Positions 63,101 through 64,000 of a DNA stretch of 64,000 nt are shown piece by piece. The translations under genes and the position numbers were made by a program. The stretch lies in sequence record NC_005083.2. One strand, written 5' to 3'. Under the pieces are notes generated by a model. It made no database searches. It was not told where the DNA came from and was given only the letters and a program-made list of their open reading frames with translations. How positions within the stretch are numbered: position 1 is the stretch's first letter; the number at the start of each line of letters is the position of its first letter.

Positions 63101-63961
63101 TGCACTGCGATCACCTGAAACAGGGTCTTGAACAACCTGACCTACTGCTGTTGGTCGAACGCCGATTTGAATTGTCGTTTGACTTTCAAGATATGCAACA
63201 TCTTTAAGATGAATTGTATCGCCCACGTTCGGGTGTAGCGGTAGAGAGATCGCGATTGTTTTTACTGAACCTTCGTATGTGACAGTTTCACCTACGTTCG
63301 TAAAGTAACCACCAGTAGTTAGATAGCCACCTTGTTGACTTGGATGGCTGTCATCTAGGTACGTGTGGTATAGTTGCTGTTCAATTTGATACGTCCATGC
63401 AATCCCGTTGTACACAAGATAAATTGTACTGTTCGGGCGATTGAATGATAGACTTGCATCAGATTGAATTCCGCCATTAATGCCATACGACTGAATAGTT
63501 AGACCGCCTGCTGCTGCAATCGTACATGGGTAAGTCGATAGAATACCGCGCCCATCTTTGATTGTAACAGTATCGCCGGTTAATGGCGTTTCTGGTAGTG
63601 TAATTGTAATTGCTGAACTAGCTGTCAACCATAATAAGTCACCTACGTTTGCACCAACTGAAGAATCTGTATCTTCCCACTCTGGGTCGGTACGCATCTT
63701 CTTCCACTTCTGTGGGTCAAATGGTTCGGGCGCGGTGATTTCAATGATGTTTTTGTAGAGACGTTGGTTAAATTCAACGATGAAATCTACTTTGTAGTGC
63801 GCTCGTGATGGATCATACTCTTGAACAGTGTTTTCATCAATGAAGTAGCCTTGGTTAATACCGTCGAGCAATTCATCTACTCGTGGGTTTGCTACGTTAA
63901 TTACATTTTGACCACTTGCATCAAGACCTGACGCACGAAATGCTCTGCGGAATTCCGACAT
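60191..63961 (-). CDS. 34: gp34 proximal long tail fibre
   Basis: FRASGLDASGQNVINVANP, ATETRRGVVEIATQ repeats, NAKADDSELLDGLDSTQF. Confidence 0.96.
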   Translation of the reverse strand: MSEFRRAFRASGLDASGQNVINVANPRVDELLDGINQGYFIDENTVQEYDPSRAHYKVDFIVEFNQRLYKNIIEITAPEPFDPQKWKKMRTDPEWEDTDSSVGANVGDLLWLTASSAITITLPETPLTGDTVTIKDGRGILSTYPCTIAAAGGLTIQSYGINGGIQSDASLSFNRPNSTIYLVYNGIAWTYQIEQQLYHTYLDDSHPSQQGGYLTTGGYFTNVGETVTYEGSVKTIAISLPLHPNVGDTIHLKDVAYLESQTTIQIGVRPTAVGQVVQDPVSGDRSAVISLDTIGGADITFIDDNGTGVWVITIANNPHLWNYVGESSAVTLKPRTRYAIEIADAVSAMTITLPEKPVDGDWIEISHNKTAHKPVTVQVHPNFGDDDPGHGPDEYKVFLDFETYRYQKYRHYVDFVPFFVESFDISDYDSGYSFVLYYDGTRKVWSFGNIATRIDIADELHRKRPGIVPLADPTEALAHGIEYAHPEDVAKPWADQSPLKDHVITVETLDARRAAEDQVGMARIATLGVDEALEESRSGALVRYPDSAFRHDIMITPRSLNARTATETRRGVVEIATQTETRSTTNDVQVITPKKFHAAQAEENLTGVAELVKASNNINANGTVASTANMRSDRTVNGVVDTVYDKTDHLRIVTPKMLDEYRATENQPGTLWVAKSTELRVNDSTVDDAIITPKKLAAWKASSTIRGIARSATQAETNAISGTGEAWTTVFVTPETLNSRTATESRRGVAEIATQVEVDAGTDDTRIVTPLKVATWLAYDHFTSDGVAQGAGYGVSGISHTGDIWNGINLEIALATTTQRGTLETATETEAKVQQTWNGTSWDGTAAAADKIVTPLTLDRRRATETQYGLARRATNAEIDTATIGGVDNTPVYVSPKDLLRWTRTSTNSRSDETRFGVVRLATPAETFVGNSTDGSTQAYTAYLRTPYAVTPYSLNYALRNYLPLNAKADDSELLDGLDSTQFARRDINQTINGTYTFNAKNVEINAGGWLQVQNAPTGDIVKLDWFDSAPRIRVGGSGASSTATFSIQGAADFVRWQVNSSGYTTQASGATFGSTVTENESSANVDATYGTYSSPAAGTLRQKYLGINNVAKAAEKWVTARTVTFTGDLTGNFTIDGSGNVSTNVQVNDNSHNHSGENITSGTISNDRLIKSSRTNPGIVQVTSDVRTADPVNASDPHQALSAGAGKTLSERIDLFTPDGGTGDNVKYRDYIQVGSVRMSTNNQGVLEFTFGHAI

Positions 63962-64000
63962 TTCATTGCTCCTTTGTTTAGATATGCAATTCGCTATGTT

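Overview
This window is a 64-kb segment of a large T4-like myovirus. The 514-aa major capsid protein, lysozyme-less gp5, tandem gp12 genes, cca gene and gene order point to a KVP40-like Vibrio phage (Schizotequatrovirus-type); this rests on recognition, not a database search. From left to right it holds: (1) the promoter-proximal end of the tRNA cluster (minus strand, 130-1410), which has no canonical tRNA here but a dense array of structured RNAs; (2) 57B (Acb1 family), 57A and dNMP kinase; (3) rearranged baseplate and tail modules (3, 29, 51, 26, 54, 2, 4 on minus; 48, 53, 27, 5, 5.1, 5.4, 25, 6-12 on plus) interrupted by an SPFH membrane module; (4) wac, neck, terminase, sheath, tube, portal and head genes up to gp23; (5) an accessory block with cca, a foldon-bearing fibre-like protein, two inh paralogs and candidate internal head proteins; (6) uvsW, uvsY and long-tail-fibre genes 35 and 34. 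The most interesting observations are: four tRNA-shaped RNAs whose anticodon loop is replaced by one shared hairpin(GAYA)+CNGCA module; a tandem pair of covarying H-type pseudoknots at the 5' end of that transcript; three dispersed copies of a terminator/hairpin/9-bp TTAG-iteron/promoter cassette (candidate origins); and an in-frame T-TTT-TTC slippery site that would fuse gp26 to an unannotated gp51-like ORF just upstream of the tape-measure gene (lambda G/GT-like). All functional interpretations are hypotheses.
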